A DNA stretch of 64,000 nucleotides from the NCBI RefSeq assembly GCF_009914755.1, contig NC_060940.1, one strand, 5' to 3'. Source of the stretch: the human T2T-CHM13v2.0 reference genome, Homo sapiens. A program made the translations under genes and the position numbers. The notes beneath the pieces were generated by a model. The model was given only the letters and a program-made list of their open reading frames with translations. It made no database searches and was not told the DNA's origin. Below, one piece after another: positions 1-15,200 of this stretch; within the stretch, counting starts at the first letter, position 1, and every line of letters begins with the position of its first letter.

Positions 1-3000
1 TTAATGATTCCATTTGATTCCAGTCTCTGATGATTACATTTGAGTCCATACGATGATTCCACTCAATTCCATATGATGATGATTCCATTCGATTCCATTC
101 GATGATTCCATTCTATTCTATTCAATGGTGATTCCATTCGAGTACATTAGATGATTCCATTCGATTCCATTCAATGATGATTCTATTTGTGTCCCTTAGA
201 TGATTCCACATGATTCCATTAGATGATGATACTATTTGAGCCCATCCAATGATTCCCTTCGATTCCATTCGATGAGGATTCCATTCGATTCAATTCATTG
301 GTGATTCTATTCAATTCAATTCTTTGATTCCATTCCATTCCATTCGACAATGATTCCATTCGATTTCTTTCGATGATTCCACTCGATTCCACTTGACATT
401 GATTCCCTTCGATTCCATTCAATGATTCCATTTGATTCCAGTGGATGATGATTGCCATCGATTCCATTTGATCACTCCATTCTATTCCACTTGATGATGA
501 TTACATTCGATTCCATTTGACGATTCCATCTGATTCTATTCGAGGATTCCATTTGATTCCATTCGATGATGATTCCATTCGAGTCCATTCGATGATATCA
601 TTCGAATACATCCAATGATTCCATTCGAGTCCATTTGATGATTCCATTTGATTCCATTTGATAATGATTCTACTAGAGTCCATTCAATGACTCCATTGGA
701 GTCCATTCAAGAATTCCATTCGACTCCATTTGATGATTCCATTGGATTCCATTTGATGATTCCATTCGAGTCCATTTAATCATTACAGTCGAGTCCATTT
801 GGTGATTCCACCGGATTTCTTTTGATAATGATACCATTCAATTACATTTGATGATGATCCCATTCAATTTCATTTGATGATGATTCCATTAGAGTCTATT
901 CGATGATTTCATTCGAGTCCCTTCATTGATTCCATCCGATTTCATTGGATGATGACTCCATTCGAGTCCATTCGATGATTCCACTCGATTCCATTAGATG
1001 ATTCCATTGGAGTCCATTACATTGTTCCATTCGATTCCATTCGATTCCTTTCGAAGATTATTCCATTTGAGTCCATTCGATGATGATTCCATTCCATTCC
1101 ATTCGATGATTCCGTTTGATTCCATTCGATGATTCCCTTCGATTCCTTTCTTTGATGATTCCATTCCATTCCATTCAATGATTCCATTCGAATCTATTCC
1201 ATGATGATTCCTTTCGATTCCATTCGCTGATGTTTCCGTTCAATTCCATTCGATGATGATTCCATTCGATTCCATTCATTGAGGATTCCATTTGATTCCA
1301 TTCAATGATGATTCCGTTCTATTCCATTCAATGATTGCATTCAATTCCATTCAGTGATTATCCCCTTAGAGTAAACTCAACGATTCCATTCAATACCATT
1401 CGATGATGATTCCTTTTGAGTCCATTCAATGATTTCATTCAAGTCCATTTGATGATTCCTTTCAATTCCATTCTATGATGATTCCATTCGAGTCCATTCG
1501 ATGATTCCATTCGATTGCATTTGATGATTACATTATATTCCAGTCAACGATGATTCCATTCGAGTCCATTCGATGATTCCATTAGAGTACATTTAATGAT
1601 TGCTTTGTTTTCAATTCGAAGATGATTACATTGGATTCCATTCTATGATACCATTCGATTCCATTCAATGATGATTCCACTCAAATCCATTGGATGATTC
1701 CATTCGTGTCCATTCGGTGATTTCATTAGATTCCATTCGAGGATGATTCCATTCGATTCCATTCGATGATTCCATTCAATTCCATTCGAGGATGATTCCA
1801 TTCCAGTCCATATGATCATTCCATTTGATTTCATTCGATGATGATTCCATTCGATTCCATTCGATGATTCCATTCTATTCCATTCGATGATGATTCCATT
1901 CGAGTCCATTCGATGATTCCATTCGAGTCCATTTAATGATTCCATTGGGTTCAATTCAATGATGATTACATTGGATTCCGTTCTATGATTCCATTCAATT
2001 CCGTTCATTGACAATTTGATTCCATTCGATGATGATTCCATTTGAGTTCATTCGATGATTCTATTCGATTCTCTTCGATGGTGATTCAATTCTATTATAT
2101 TGGATGATTCCATTCGATTCCATTTGATGTTGATTCAATTCGATTCTATTCGATGATGATTCCATTGGATTTCACTTGATGATTCTATTCGATTCCATTC
2201 AATGATGATTCACTTCTCGTCCATTGGATGATTCCATTTCATTCCATTCGATGATGATTCCATTCGATTCCATTCGATGATTCCATTTGATTCCATGCGT
2301 TGGTGAGCAATTCGATTCAATTCCATGATGATTCTATTTGATTCAATTAGATGATGTTTCCATTCGAATCCATTCCATGATTATTCCATTGGAATCCATT
2401 CGGCGATGATTCCATATGAGTCAATTCAATGATGATTCCATATGGGTCCGTTCGATGATAATTCCATTAGATTGCATTCGGTGCTTCTATTCAATTCCAG
2501 TCGATGATGATTCCGTTGGAGTCCATACGATGATTCCATTTGATTTCATTTGATGATGATTCCATTCGATGATGATTACATTGGATTCCATTCTATGATT
2601 CCATTCAATTCCATTCGTTGATGATTCGATTCCATTCAATGATGATTCCATTTGAGTTCATTCGATGATTCTATTCGATTCCGTTCGATGGTGATTCAAT
2701 TCTCTTATATTGGATGAATCCACTCGATTCCATTTGATGATTATTCCATTGGAGTCCACTTAGTGAATCCTTCAGATTCTACTCGAAGATGATTCCATTC
2801 AAGTCCATTCGATGATACCATTCAATTCCATTCGTTGATGCTTCCATTCAAGTGCATTCGATGATATCATTCGATTCCATTTGATGATAATTCCATTTGA
2901 TTCCATGCGATGATTCTATTCGATTCCATTCAATGATAATTCCATTCAGTTCAGTGATTCCTCTGGACTCCATTTGATGATGATTCCATTCAATGATTCC

Positions 3001-6000
3001 ATTCGATTCTATTCGAAAGTGATTCCATTTGAATCCATTTGATGATGATTCCATTAGATTCCATTTGATGATTCCATTCGATTCCATGCGACGATGATTC
3101 CATTCGATTCCATGTGATGATTCCATTCTATTCTATTCGATGATGATTACATTCGATTCCATTCGATGATGATTGGATTCGATTCCATTTGATGATATCA
3201 TTTGATTCCATTCGTTAATGATTTCGATCAATTCCATTCGATGATTCCATTCGATTCCATTCGATAATGATTACATCCGTGTCCATTCAGTGATTCCATT
3301 TGAGCCTGTTCGATAATTCCATTTGAGTCCAACCAATGATTCCATTCATTTCCATTCAATGATTCCATTCGAGTCCATTTGATCATTCCGGTAGGGTCCA
3401 TTCGATGTTGATTCCATTGGAGTGCATTCGATGATTCCATTCGAGTCCATTTTACGATTTGATTCGAGTCCTTTCGATGATTCCATTCGATTCCACTCGA
3501 TGATGATTTCATTCGAGTCCATTCGACACTTCCAATCGATTCCATTTGATGTTTCCATTCGAGTCCAATTGATGATTCCATTCAATTGCATTCGATGATG
3601 ATTCCGTACGATTCCATTCTGTGATGATTCCATGTGATTGCATTCAATGATGATTCCTTTAGATTGCATTTGATTGTGATTCATTTCGTCTTCATTCTAT
3701 GGTTCCACAGGTTTCCATTCGTGTCCATTCCATTATTCCATTCTATTCCATTTGATGATGATTCCATTCGATTCCATTCATTGGTGATTCCACTCAATTC
3801 CATTCAATGATTCCATTCCATTTCTTTCAACAATGATTCCATTAGTTTCTAATCGATGATCCACTTGATTCCATTTGACGACGATTCCATTCTTGTCCAT
3901 TCGATGATTCCATTTGATTCCATATGATGATGATTCCATTCGATTCCATACGATGATGATTCCATTCGAGTCCATTCAATGGTGATTCCATTCAATTCCA
4001 TTCGATGATTCCTTTCGATTCCATTCGATGATGATGGCATTCGATTCCTTTCAATCATTCCCTTTGATTGCATTCAAAGGTGATTTCATTCAAGTCCATT
4101 CGATAATTGCATTCGATTCCATTCTATGATGATTCCATTCGAGTCCATTTGATGATTCCATTCAATTCAAGTCAATGATGATTCCATTCGATTCCATTCG
4201 ATGATTCCATTGGATTCCATTCGATGATGATTCCATTCAAATCCATTCGATAATTCAATTCAAGTCCATTCGATGATGATTAAAATCGAATCTATTCAAA
4301 GATTCCATTCAGTTGCATTCGATGATTCCCTTAGATTCCATTCGATGATTCCACTTGATTTCATTTACGATGATTCCATTCGATTCCATGTGATGATTCC
4401 ATTCAATTCTATTCAATGCTGTTTCCATTTGATTCCATTCGACCATGATTGCCTTTGATTCCATTCAATGACTCCATTCGGTTCCTTTTGATGATGATTC
4501 CGTTCGATTCCATTTCATTATTCCATTTGATTCCATTGGATGAGTCCATTCGATTACATTCGATGATTATTCCATTCGAGTGCATTAGATGATTCCATTC
4601 GAGTCCATTCGATGATTCCATTCGATTCCATTCGATGTTGATTCTGTTCAAATCCATTCGATGATTCCACTCGATTCCATTCGATGACTCCAGTTGATCC
4701 CATTCGATGATTTCCTTTGATTCCCTTTGATGATCATTCCATTTGATTCAATTCGGTGATTTCATTTGATTCCATTCAGTGATGTTTCCATTCGACTCCA
4801 TTCGATGATGATTCCATTCGACTCCATTCGATTATGATTTCATTCAATTCCATTCGATAATGATTCCCTTCGAGTCCATTCGATGATTCCATTCGATTCC
4901 ATTCAACGATGATTTGATTCGTGTCCATTCGATGATTCCATTTGATTCCACTTGATGATGATTCCATTCGAGTCCATTTGATGATTCCATTCAATTCCAT
5001 TCTCCGATGATTTCTTTTGAGCCCATTCAATGCTTCCACTCGATTCCATATGATGATGACTCCATTCGATGAAATTCGATGATGATTCCATTCGCTTGCA
5101 TTCGATGATGATTCCACTTGAGTCCATTAGAAGATTCTATTCAATTACATTCCATGACGATTCCGTTCGAGTCCATTTGATGATTCCATTAGACTCCATT
5201 CGACGATGATTCCATTCGATGTTATTCGATGATTCCATTCGATCTCATTCGATGATGATTCCATTCAACTCCATTCGATGTTTCCATTCGAGTTCATTCT
5301 ATTATTCCATTAGATTCCATTCGATGATGATTCCATTCGATTCCATTTGATGATTGCATTCTATTTCATTTGATGATGATTCCATTCGAGTCCACTCGAT
5401 GATTCCATTCGAGTCCATTTAATGAATCCATTGGTTTCAATTCTATGATGATTACATTGGATTCCATTCGTTGATGATTTCATTCGGTTCCATTCAATGA
5501 TGATTCCATTCAATTCCTTTCAATGTTTCCATTCAATTCCATACGATGATGATTCCATTTGATTTGATTCGACAATGAGCCATTCGATTCAATTCCATGA
5601 TGATTCTATTTGATTCCATTGGTTGACATTTCCATTCGATTCCATTCGATGATGATTCCCTTTGATTCCATTCAAAGATGATTCCATTCTAGCCCATTCA
5701 ATCATTCCATTCGAATCTATTCAATGATGATTCCATTCATGTCGATTTCGTGATTCCATTTGACTTCATTTGATGATGATTCCTTTCAAGTTCATTAGAT
5801 GATTCCATTCGATTCCATTTGATGATGATCCCATTCGAGTCCATTCAGTGATTCCACTCGTTTCCATTCCATGATGATTCCATTCCATTCCATGCAATGA
5901 TTCCATTCGATTCCGTTTGATGATGATTTCATTCGAGTCCATTTGATGATTCCATTTGATTCCATTCGATGATGATTCCATTCGAGTCCATTCGATGATT

Positions 6001-6112
6001 CTATTCGAATCCATTTGATGATTTCTTTTGATTATAGTTGGTGATGATTCCATTGGAGTCCATTCAATGATTCCATTCGATTCCAATCGATGGTGATTCC
6101 ATTAGAGTCCAT
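1..6112 (+). repeat. 6,112-bp higher-order unit, copy 1 (phase set arbitrarily at window start)
   Basis: Landmark TTAATGATTCCATTTGATTCCAGTCTCTGA at 1 recurs at 6113. Pseudo-ORFs shift by 6,112 (219 to 6331, 2848 to 8960, 5766 to 11878). Confidence 0.95.
2339..2349 (-). promoter_or_regulatory. DUX4 consensus-type site TAATTGAATCA; also at 8451, 14413, 20623, 26585, 32795, 45829 and 59614
   Basis: The + strand reads TGATTCAATTA, the reverse complement of TAATTGAATCA, which fits the DUX4 consensus TAAYBBAATCA. DUX4 binding and activation of HSATII is established, but occupancy at these sites is untested. Confidence 0.5.
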
Positions 6113-9100
6113 TTAATGATTCCATTTGATTCCAGTCTCTGATGATTACATTCGAGTCCATACGATGATTCCACTCAATTCCATATCATGATGATTCCAT
6201 TCGATTCCATTCGATGATTCCATTCTATTCTATTCAATGGTGATTCCATTCGAGTACATTAGATGATTCCATTCGATTCCATTCAATGATGATTCTATTT
6301 GTGTCCCTTAGATGATTCCACATGATTCCATTAGATGATGATACTATTTGAGCCCATCCAATGATTCCCTTCGATTCCATTCGATGAGGATTCCATTCGA
6401 TTCAATTCATTGGTGATTCTATTCAATTCAATTCTTTGATTCCATTCCATTCCATTCGACAATGATTCCATTCGATTTCTTTCGATGATTCCACTCGATT
6501 CCACTTGACATTGATTCCCTTCGATTCCATTCAATGATTCCATTTGATTCCAGTGGATGATGATTGCCATCGATTCCATTTGATCACTCCATTCTATTCC
6601 ACTTGATGATGATTACATTCGATTCCATTTGACGATTCCATCTGATTCTATTCGAGGATTCCATTTGATTCCATTCGATGATGATTCCATTCGAGTCCAT
6701 TCGATGATATCATTCGAGTACATCCAATGATTCCATTCGAGTCCATTTGATGATTCCATTTGATTCCATTTGATAATGATTCTACTAGAGTCCATTCAAT
6801 GACTCCATTGGAGTCCATTCAACAATTCCATTCGACTCCATTTGATGATTCCATTGGATTCCATTTGATGATTCCATTCGAGTCCATTTAATCATTACAG
6901 TCGAGTCCATTTGGTGATTCCACCGGATTTCTTTTGATAATGATACCATTCAATTACATTTGATGATGATCCCATTCAATTTCATTTGATGATGATTCCA
7001 TTAGAGTCCATTCGATGATTTCATTCGAGTCCCTTCATTGATTCCATCCGATTTCATTGGATGATGACTCCATTCGAGTCCATTCGATGATTCCACTCGA
7101 TTCCATTAGATGATTCCATTGGAGTCCATTTGATTGTTCCATTCGATTCCATTCGATTCCTTTCGAAGATTATTCCATTTGAGTCCATTCGATGATGATT
7201 CCATTCCATTCCATTCGATGATTCCGTTTGATTCCATTTGATGATTCCCTTCGATTCCTTTCTTTGATGATTCCATTCCATTCCATTCAATGATTCCATT
7301 CGAATCTATTCCATGATGATTCCTTTCGATTCCATTCGCTGATGTTTCCGTTCAATTCCATTCGATGATGATTCCATTCGATTCCATTCATTGAGGATTC
7401 CATTTGATTCCATTCAATGATGATTCCGTTCTATTCCATTCAATGATTGCATTCAATTCCATTCAGTGATTATCCCCTTAGAGTAAACTCAACGATTCCA
7501 TTCAATACCATTCGATGATGATTCCTTTTGAGTCCATTCAATGATTTCATTCAAGTCCATTTGATGATTCCTTTGAATTCCATTCTATGATGATTCCATT
7601 CGAGTCCATTCGATGATTCCATTCGATTGCATTCGATGCTTCCATTATATTCCAGTCAACGATGATTCCATTCGAGTCCATTCGATGATTCCATTAGAGT
7701 ACATTTAATGATTGCTTTGTTTTCAATTCGAAGATGATTACATTGGATTCCATTCTATGATACCATTCGATTCCATTCAATGATGATTCCACTCAAATCC
7801 ATTGGATGATTCCATTCGTGTCCATTCGGTGATTTCATTAGATTCCATTCGAGGATGATTCCATTCGATTCCATTCGATGATTCCATTCAATTCCATTCG
7901 AGGATGATTCCATTCCAGTCCATATGATCATTCCATTTGATTTCATTCGATGATGATTCCATTCGATTCCATTCGATGATTCCATTCTATTCCTTTCGAT
8001 GATGATTCCATTCGAGTCCATTCGATGATTCCATTCGAGTCCATTTAATGATTCCATTGGGTTCAATTCAATGATGATTACATTGGATTCCGTTCTATGA
8101 TTCCATTCAATTCCGTTCATTGACAATTTGATTCCATTCGATGATGATTCCATTTGAGTTCATTCGATGATTCTATTCGATTCTCTTCGATGGTGATTCA
8201 ATTCTATTATATTGGATGATTCCATTCGATTCCATTTGATGTTGATTCAATTCGATTCTATTCGATGATGATTCCATTGGATTTCACTTGATGATTCTAT
8301 TCGATTCCATTCAATGATGATTCACTTCTCGTCCATTGGATGATTCCATTTCATTCCATTCGATGATGATTCCATTCGATTCCATTCGATGATTCCATTT
8401 GATTCCATGCGTCGGTGAGCAATTCGATTCAATTCCATGATGATTCTATTTGATTCAATTAGATGATGTTTCCATTCGAATCCATTCCATGATTATTCCA
8501 TTGGAATCCATTCGGCGATGATTCCATATGAGTCAATTCAATGATGATTCCATATGGGTCCGTTCGATGATAATTCCATTTGATTTCATTCGGTGCTTCT
8601 ATTCAATTCCAGTCGATGATGATTCCGTTGGAGTCCATACGATGATTCCATTTGATTTCATTTGATGATGATTCCATTCGATGATGATTACATTGGATTC
8701 CATTCTATTATTCCATTCAATTCCATTCGTTGATGATTCGATTCCATTCAATGATGATTCCATTTGAGTTCATTCGATGATTCTATTCGATTCCGTTCGA
8801 TGGTGATTCAATTCTCTTATATTGGATGAATCCACTCGATTCCATTTGATGATTATTCCATTGGAGTCCACTTAGTGAATCCTTCAGATTCTACTCGAAG
8901 ATGATTCCATTCAAGTCCATTCGATGATACCATTCAATTCCATTCGTTGATGCTTCCATTCAAGTGCATTCGATGATATCATTCGATTCCATTTGATGAT
9001 AATTCCATTTGATTCCGTGCGATGATTCTATTCGATTCCATTCAATGATAATTCCATTCAGTTCAGTGATTCCTCTGGACTCCATTTGATGATGATTCCA

Positions 9101-12100
9101 TTCAATGATTCCATTCGATTCTATTCGAAAGTGATTCCATTTGAATCCATTTGATGATGATTCCATTAGATTCCATTTGATGATTCCATTCGATTCCATG
9201 CGACGATGATTCCATTCGATTCCATGTGATGATTCCATTCTATTCTATTCGATGATGATTCCATTCGATTCCATTCGATGATGATTGGATTCGATTCCAT
9301 TTGATGATATCATTTGATTCCATTCGTTAATGATTTCGATCAATTCCATTCGATGATTCCATTCGATTCCATTCGATAATGATTACATCCGTGTCCATTC
9401 AGTGATTCCATTTGAGCCTGTTCGATAATTCCATTTGAGTCCAACCAATGATTCCATTCATTTCCATTCAATGATTCCATTCGAGTCCATTTGATCATTC
9501 CGGTAGGGTCCATTCGATGTTGATTCCATTGGAGTGCATTCGATGATTCCATTCGAGTCCATTTTACGATTTGATTCGAGTCCTTTCGATGATTCCATTC
9601 GATTCCACTCGATGATGATTTCATTCGAGTCCATTCGACACTTCCAATCGATTCCATTTGATGTTTCCATTCGATTCCAATTGATGATTCCATTCAATTC
9701 CATTCGATGATGATTCCGTAGGATTCCATTCTGTGATGATTCCATGTGATTGCATTCAATGATGATTCCTTTAGATTGCATTCGATTGTGATTCATTTCG
9801 TCTTCATTCTATGGTTCCACAGGTTTCCATTCGTGTCCATTCCATTATTCCATTCTATTCCATTTGATGATGATTCCATTCGATTCCATTCATTGGTGAT
9901 TCCACTCAATTCCATTCAATGATTCCATTCCATTTCTTTCAACAATGATTCCATTAGTTTCTAATCGATGATCCACTTGATTCCATTTGACGACGATTCC
10001 ATTCTTGTCCATTCGATGATTCCATTTGATTCCATATGATGATGATTCCATTCGATTCCATACGATGATGATTCCATTCGAGTCCATTCAATGGTGATTC
10101 CATTCAATTCCATTCGATGATTCCTTTCGATTCCATTCGATGATGATGGCATTCGATTCCTTTCAATCATTCCCTTTGATTCCATTCAAAGGTGATTTCA
10201 TTCAAGTCCATTCGATAATTGCATTCGATTCCATTCTATGATGATTCCATTCGAGTCCATTTGATGATTCCATTCAATTCAAGTCAATGATGATTCCATT
10301 CGATTCCATTCGATGATTCCATTGGATTCCATTCGATGATGATTCCATTCAAATCCATTCGATAATTCAATTCAAGTCCATTCGATGATGATTAAAATCG
10401 AATCCATTCAAAGATTCCATTCAGTTCCATTCGATGATTCCCTTAGATTCCATTCGATGATTCCACTTGATTTCATTTACGATGATTCCATTCGATTCCA
10501 TGTGATGATTCCATTCAATTCTATTCAATGCTGTTTCCATTTGATTCCATTCGACCATGATTGCCTTTGATTCCATTCAATGACTCCATTCGGTTCCTTT
10601 TGATGATGATTCCGTTCGATTCCATTTCATTATTCCATTTGATTCCATTGGATGAGTCCATTCGATTACATTCGATGATTATTCCATTCGAGTGCATTAG
10701 ATGATTCCATTCGAGTCCATTCGATGATTCCATTCGATTCCATTCGATGTTGATTCTGTTCAAATCCATTCGATGATTCCACTCGATTCCATTCGATGAC
10801 TCCAGTTGATCCCATTCGATGATTTCCTTTGATTCCCTTTGATGATCATTCCATTTGATTCAATTCGGTGATTTCATTTGATTCCATTCAGTGATGTTTC
10901 CATTCGACTCCATTCGATGATGATTCCATTCGACTCCATTCGATTATGATTTCATTCAATTCCATTCGATAATGATTCCCTTCGAGTCCATTCGATGATT
11001 CCATTCGATTCCATTCAACGATGATTTGATTCGTGTCCATTCGATGATTCCATTTGATTCCACTTGATGATGATTCCATTCGAGTCCATTTGATGATTCC
11101 ATTCAATTCCATTCTCCGATGATTTCTTTTGAGCCCACTCAATGCTTCCACTCGATTCCATATGATGATGACTCCATTCGATGAAATTCGATGATGATTC
11201 CATTCGCTTGCATTCGATGATGATTCCACTTGAGTCCATTAGAAGATTCTATTCAATTACATTCCATGACGATTCCGTTCGAGTCCATTTGATGATTCCA
11301 TTAGACTCCATTCGACGATGATTCCATTCGATGTTATTCGATGATTCCATTCGATCTCATTCGATGATGATTCCATTCAACTCCATTCGATGTTTCCATT
11401 CGAGTTCATTCTATTATTCCATTAGATTCCATTCGATGATGATTCCATTCGATTCCATTTGATGATTGCATTCTATTTCATTTGATGATGATTCCATTCG
11501 AGTCCACTCGATGATTCCATTCGAGTCCATTTAATGAATCCATTGGTTTCAATTCTATGATGATTACATTGGATTCCATTCGTTGATGATTTCATTCGGT
11601 TCCATTCAATGATGATTCCATTCAATTCCTTTCAATGTTTCCATTCAATTCCATACGATGATGATTCCATTTGATTTGATTCGACAGTGAGCCATTCGAT
11701 TCAATTCCATGATGATTCTATTTGATTCCATTGGTTGACATTTCCATTCGATTCCATTCGATGATGATTCCCTTTGATTCCATTCAAAGATGATTCCATT
11801 CTAGCCCATTCAATCATTCCATTCGATTCTATTCAATGATGATTCCATTCATGTCGATTTGGTGATTCCATTTGACTTCATTTGATGATGATTCCTTTCA
11901 AGTTCATTAGATGATTCCATTCGATTCCATTTGATGATGATCCCATTCGAGTCCATTCAGTGATTCCACTCGTTTCCATTCCATGATGATTCCATTCCAT
12001 TCCATTCAATGATTCCATTCGATTCCGTTTGATGATGATTTCATTCGAGTCCATTTGATGATTCCATTTGATTCCATTCGATGATGATTCCATTCGAGTC

Positions 12101-12224
12101 CATTCGATGATTCTATTCGAATCCATTTGATGATTTCTTTTGATTATATTTGGTGATGATTCCATTGGAGTCCATTCAATGATTCCATTCGATTCCAATC
12201 GATGGTGATTCCATTAGAGTCCAT
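6113..12224 (+). repeat. 6,112-bp higher-order unit, copy 2
   Basis: Landmark recurs at 12225; ORF offset 6331 to 12443 = 6,112. Confidence 0.95.
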
Positions 12225-15200
12225 TTAATGATTCCATTTGATTCCAGTCTCTGATGATTACATTCGAGTCCATACGATGATTCCACTCAATTCCATATCA
12301 TGATGATTCCATTCGATTCCATTCGATGATTCCATTCTATTCTATTCAATGGTGATTCCATTCGAGTACATTAGATGATTCCATTCGATTCCATTCAATG
12401 ATGATTCTATTTGTGTCCCTTAGATGATTCCACATGATTCCATTAGATGATGATACTATTTGAGCCCATCCAATGATTCCCTTCGATTCCATTCGATGAG
12501 GATTTCATTCGATTCAATTCATTGGTGATTCTATTCAATTCAATTCTTTGATTCCATTCCATTCCATTCGACAATGATTCCATTCGATTTCTTTCGATGA
12601 TTCCACTCGATTCCACTTGACATTGATTCCCTTCGATTCCATTCAATGATTCCATTTGATTCCAGTGGATGATGATTGCCATCGATTCCATTTGATCACT
12701 CCATTCTATTCCACTTGATGATGATTACATTCGATTCCATTTGACGATTCCATCTGATTCTATTCGAGGATTCCATTTGATTCCATTCGATGATGATTCC
12801 ATTCGAGTCCATTCGATGATATCATTCGAATACATCCAATGATTCCATTCGAGTCCATTTGATGATTCCATTTGATTCCATTTGATAATGATTCTACTAG
12901 AGTCCATTCAATGACTCCATTGGAGTCCATTCAACAATTCCATTCGACTCCATTTGATGATTCCATTGGATTCCATTTGATGATTCCATTCGAGTCCATT
13001 TAATCATTACAATCGAGTCCATTTGGTGATTCCACCGGCTTTCTTTTGATAATGATACCATTCAATTACATTTGATGATGATCCCATTCAATTTCATTTG
13101 ATGATGATTCCATTAGAGTCCATTCGATGATTTCATTCGAGTCCCTTCATTGATTCCATCCGATTTCATTGGATGATGACTCCATTCGAGTCCATTCGAT
13201 GATTCCACTCGATTCCATTAGATGATTCCATTGGAGTCCATTTCATTGTTCCATTCGATTCCATTCGATTCCTTTCGAAGATTATTCCATTTGAGTCCAT
13301 TCGATGATGATTCCATTCCATTCCATTCGATGATTCCGTTTGATTCCATTCGATGATTCCCTTCGATTCCTTTCTTTGATGATTCCGTTCCATTCCATTC
13401 AATGATTCCATTCGAATCTATTCCATGATGATTCCTTTCGATTCCATTCGCTGATGTTTCCGTTCAATTCCATTCGATGATGATTCCATTCGATTCCATT
13501 CATTGAGGATTCCATTTGATTCCATTCAATGATGATTCCGTTCTATTCCATTCAATGATTGCATTCAATTCCATTCAGTGATTATCCCCTTAGAGTAAAC
13601 TCAACGATTCCATTCAATACCATTCGATGATGATTCCTTTTGAGTCCATTCAATGATTTCATTCTAGTCCATTTGATGATTCCTTTCAATTCCATTCTAT
13701 GATGATTCCATTCGAGTCCATTCGATGATTCCATTCGATTGCATTCGATGATTCCATTATATTCCAGTCAACGATGAATCCATTCGAGTCCATTCGATGA
13801 TTCCATTAGAGTACATTTAATGATTGCTTTGTTTTCAATTCGAAGATGATTACATTGGATTCCATTCTATGATACCATTCGATTCCATTCAATGATGATT
13901 CCACTCAAATCCATTGGATGATTCCATTCGTGTCCATTCGGTGATTTCCTTAGATTCCATTCGAGGATGATTCCATTCGATTCCATTCGATGATTCCATT
14001 CTATTCCATTCGAGGATGATTCCATTCCAGTCCATATGATCATTCCATTTGATTTCATTCGATGATGATTCCATTCGATTCCATTCGATGATTCCATTCT
14101 ATTCCATTCGATGATGATTCCATTCGAGTCCATTCGATGATTCCATTCGAGTCCATTTAATGATTCCATTGGGTTCAATTCAATGATGATTACATTGGAT
14201 TCCGTTCTATGATTCCATTCAATTCCGTTCATTGACAATTTGATTCCATTCGATGATGATTCCATTTGAGTTCATTCGATGATTCTATTCGATTCTCTTC
14301 GATGGTGATTCAATTCTATTATATTGGATGATTCCATTCGATTCCATTCGATGATTCCATTTGATTCCATGCGTCGGTGAGCAATTCGATTCAATTCCAT
14401 GATGATTCTATTTGATTCAATTAGATGATGTTTCCATTCGAATCCATTCCATGATTATTCCATTGGAATCCATTCGGCGATGATTCCATATGAGTCAATT
14501 CAATGATGATTCCATATGGGTCCGTTCGATGATAATTCCATTTGATTTCATTCGGTGCTTCTATTCAATTCCAGTCGATGATGATTCCGTTGGGGTCCAT
14601 ACGATGATTCCATTTGATTTCATTTGATGATGATTCCATTCGATGATGATTATATTGGATTCCATTCTATGATTCCATTCAATTCCATTCGTTGATGATT
14701 CGATTCCATTCAATGATGATTCCATTTGAGTTCATTCGATGATTCTATTCGATTCCGTTCGATGGTGATTCAATTCTCTTATATTGGATGAATCCACTCG
14801 ATTCCATTTGATGATTATTCCATTGGAGTCCACTTAGTGAATCCTTCAGATTCTACTCGAAGATGATTCCATTCAAGTCCATTCGATGATACCATTCAAT
14901 TCCATTCGTTGATGCTTCCATTCAAGTGCATTCGATGATATCATTCGATTCCATTTGATGATAATTCCATTTGATTCCATGCGATGATTCTATTCGATTC
15001 CATTCAATGATAATTCCATTCAGTTCAGTGATTCCTCTGGACTCCATTTGATGATGATTCCATTCAATGATTCCATTCGATTCTATTCGAAAGTGATTCC
15101 ATTTGAATCCATTTGATGATGATTCCATTAGATTCCATTTGATGATTCCATTCGATTCCATGCGACGATGGTTCCATTCGATTCCATGTGATGATTCCAT

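Noticed and set aside
326-346. Short (CATTC)3 runs suggesting HSat3 or TEAD/HSF1 platforms
   Set aside because: Only a few 15-20-bp runs occur per unit, the bulk is CATTCG-type HSat2, and I noticed no extended nGAAn inverted arrays.
2384-2400. GGAAT on the + strand (TTCCATTGGAATCC) as a possible inversion point
   Set aside because: It is explained by two point substitutions in ATTCGATTCC, and polarity is unchanged on both sides.
4273-4458. Recurrent plus-strand 61-aa ORF (MMIKIESIQRF...)
   Set aside because: It recurs only because the unit is tandemly repeated, it is broken in copy 6 and in the older units, and there is no coding signal.
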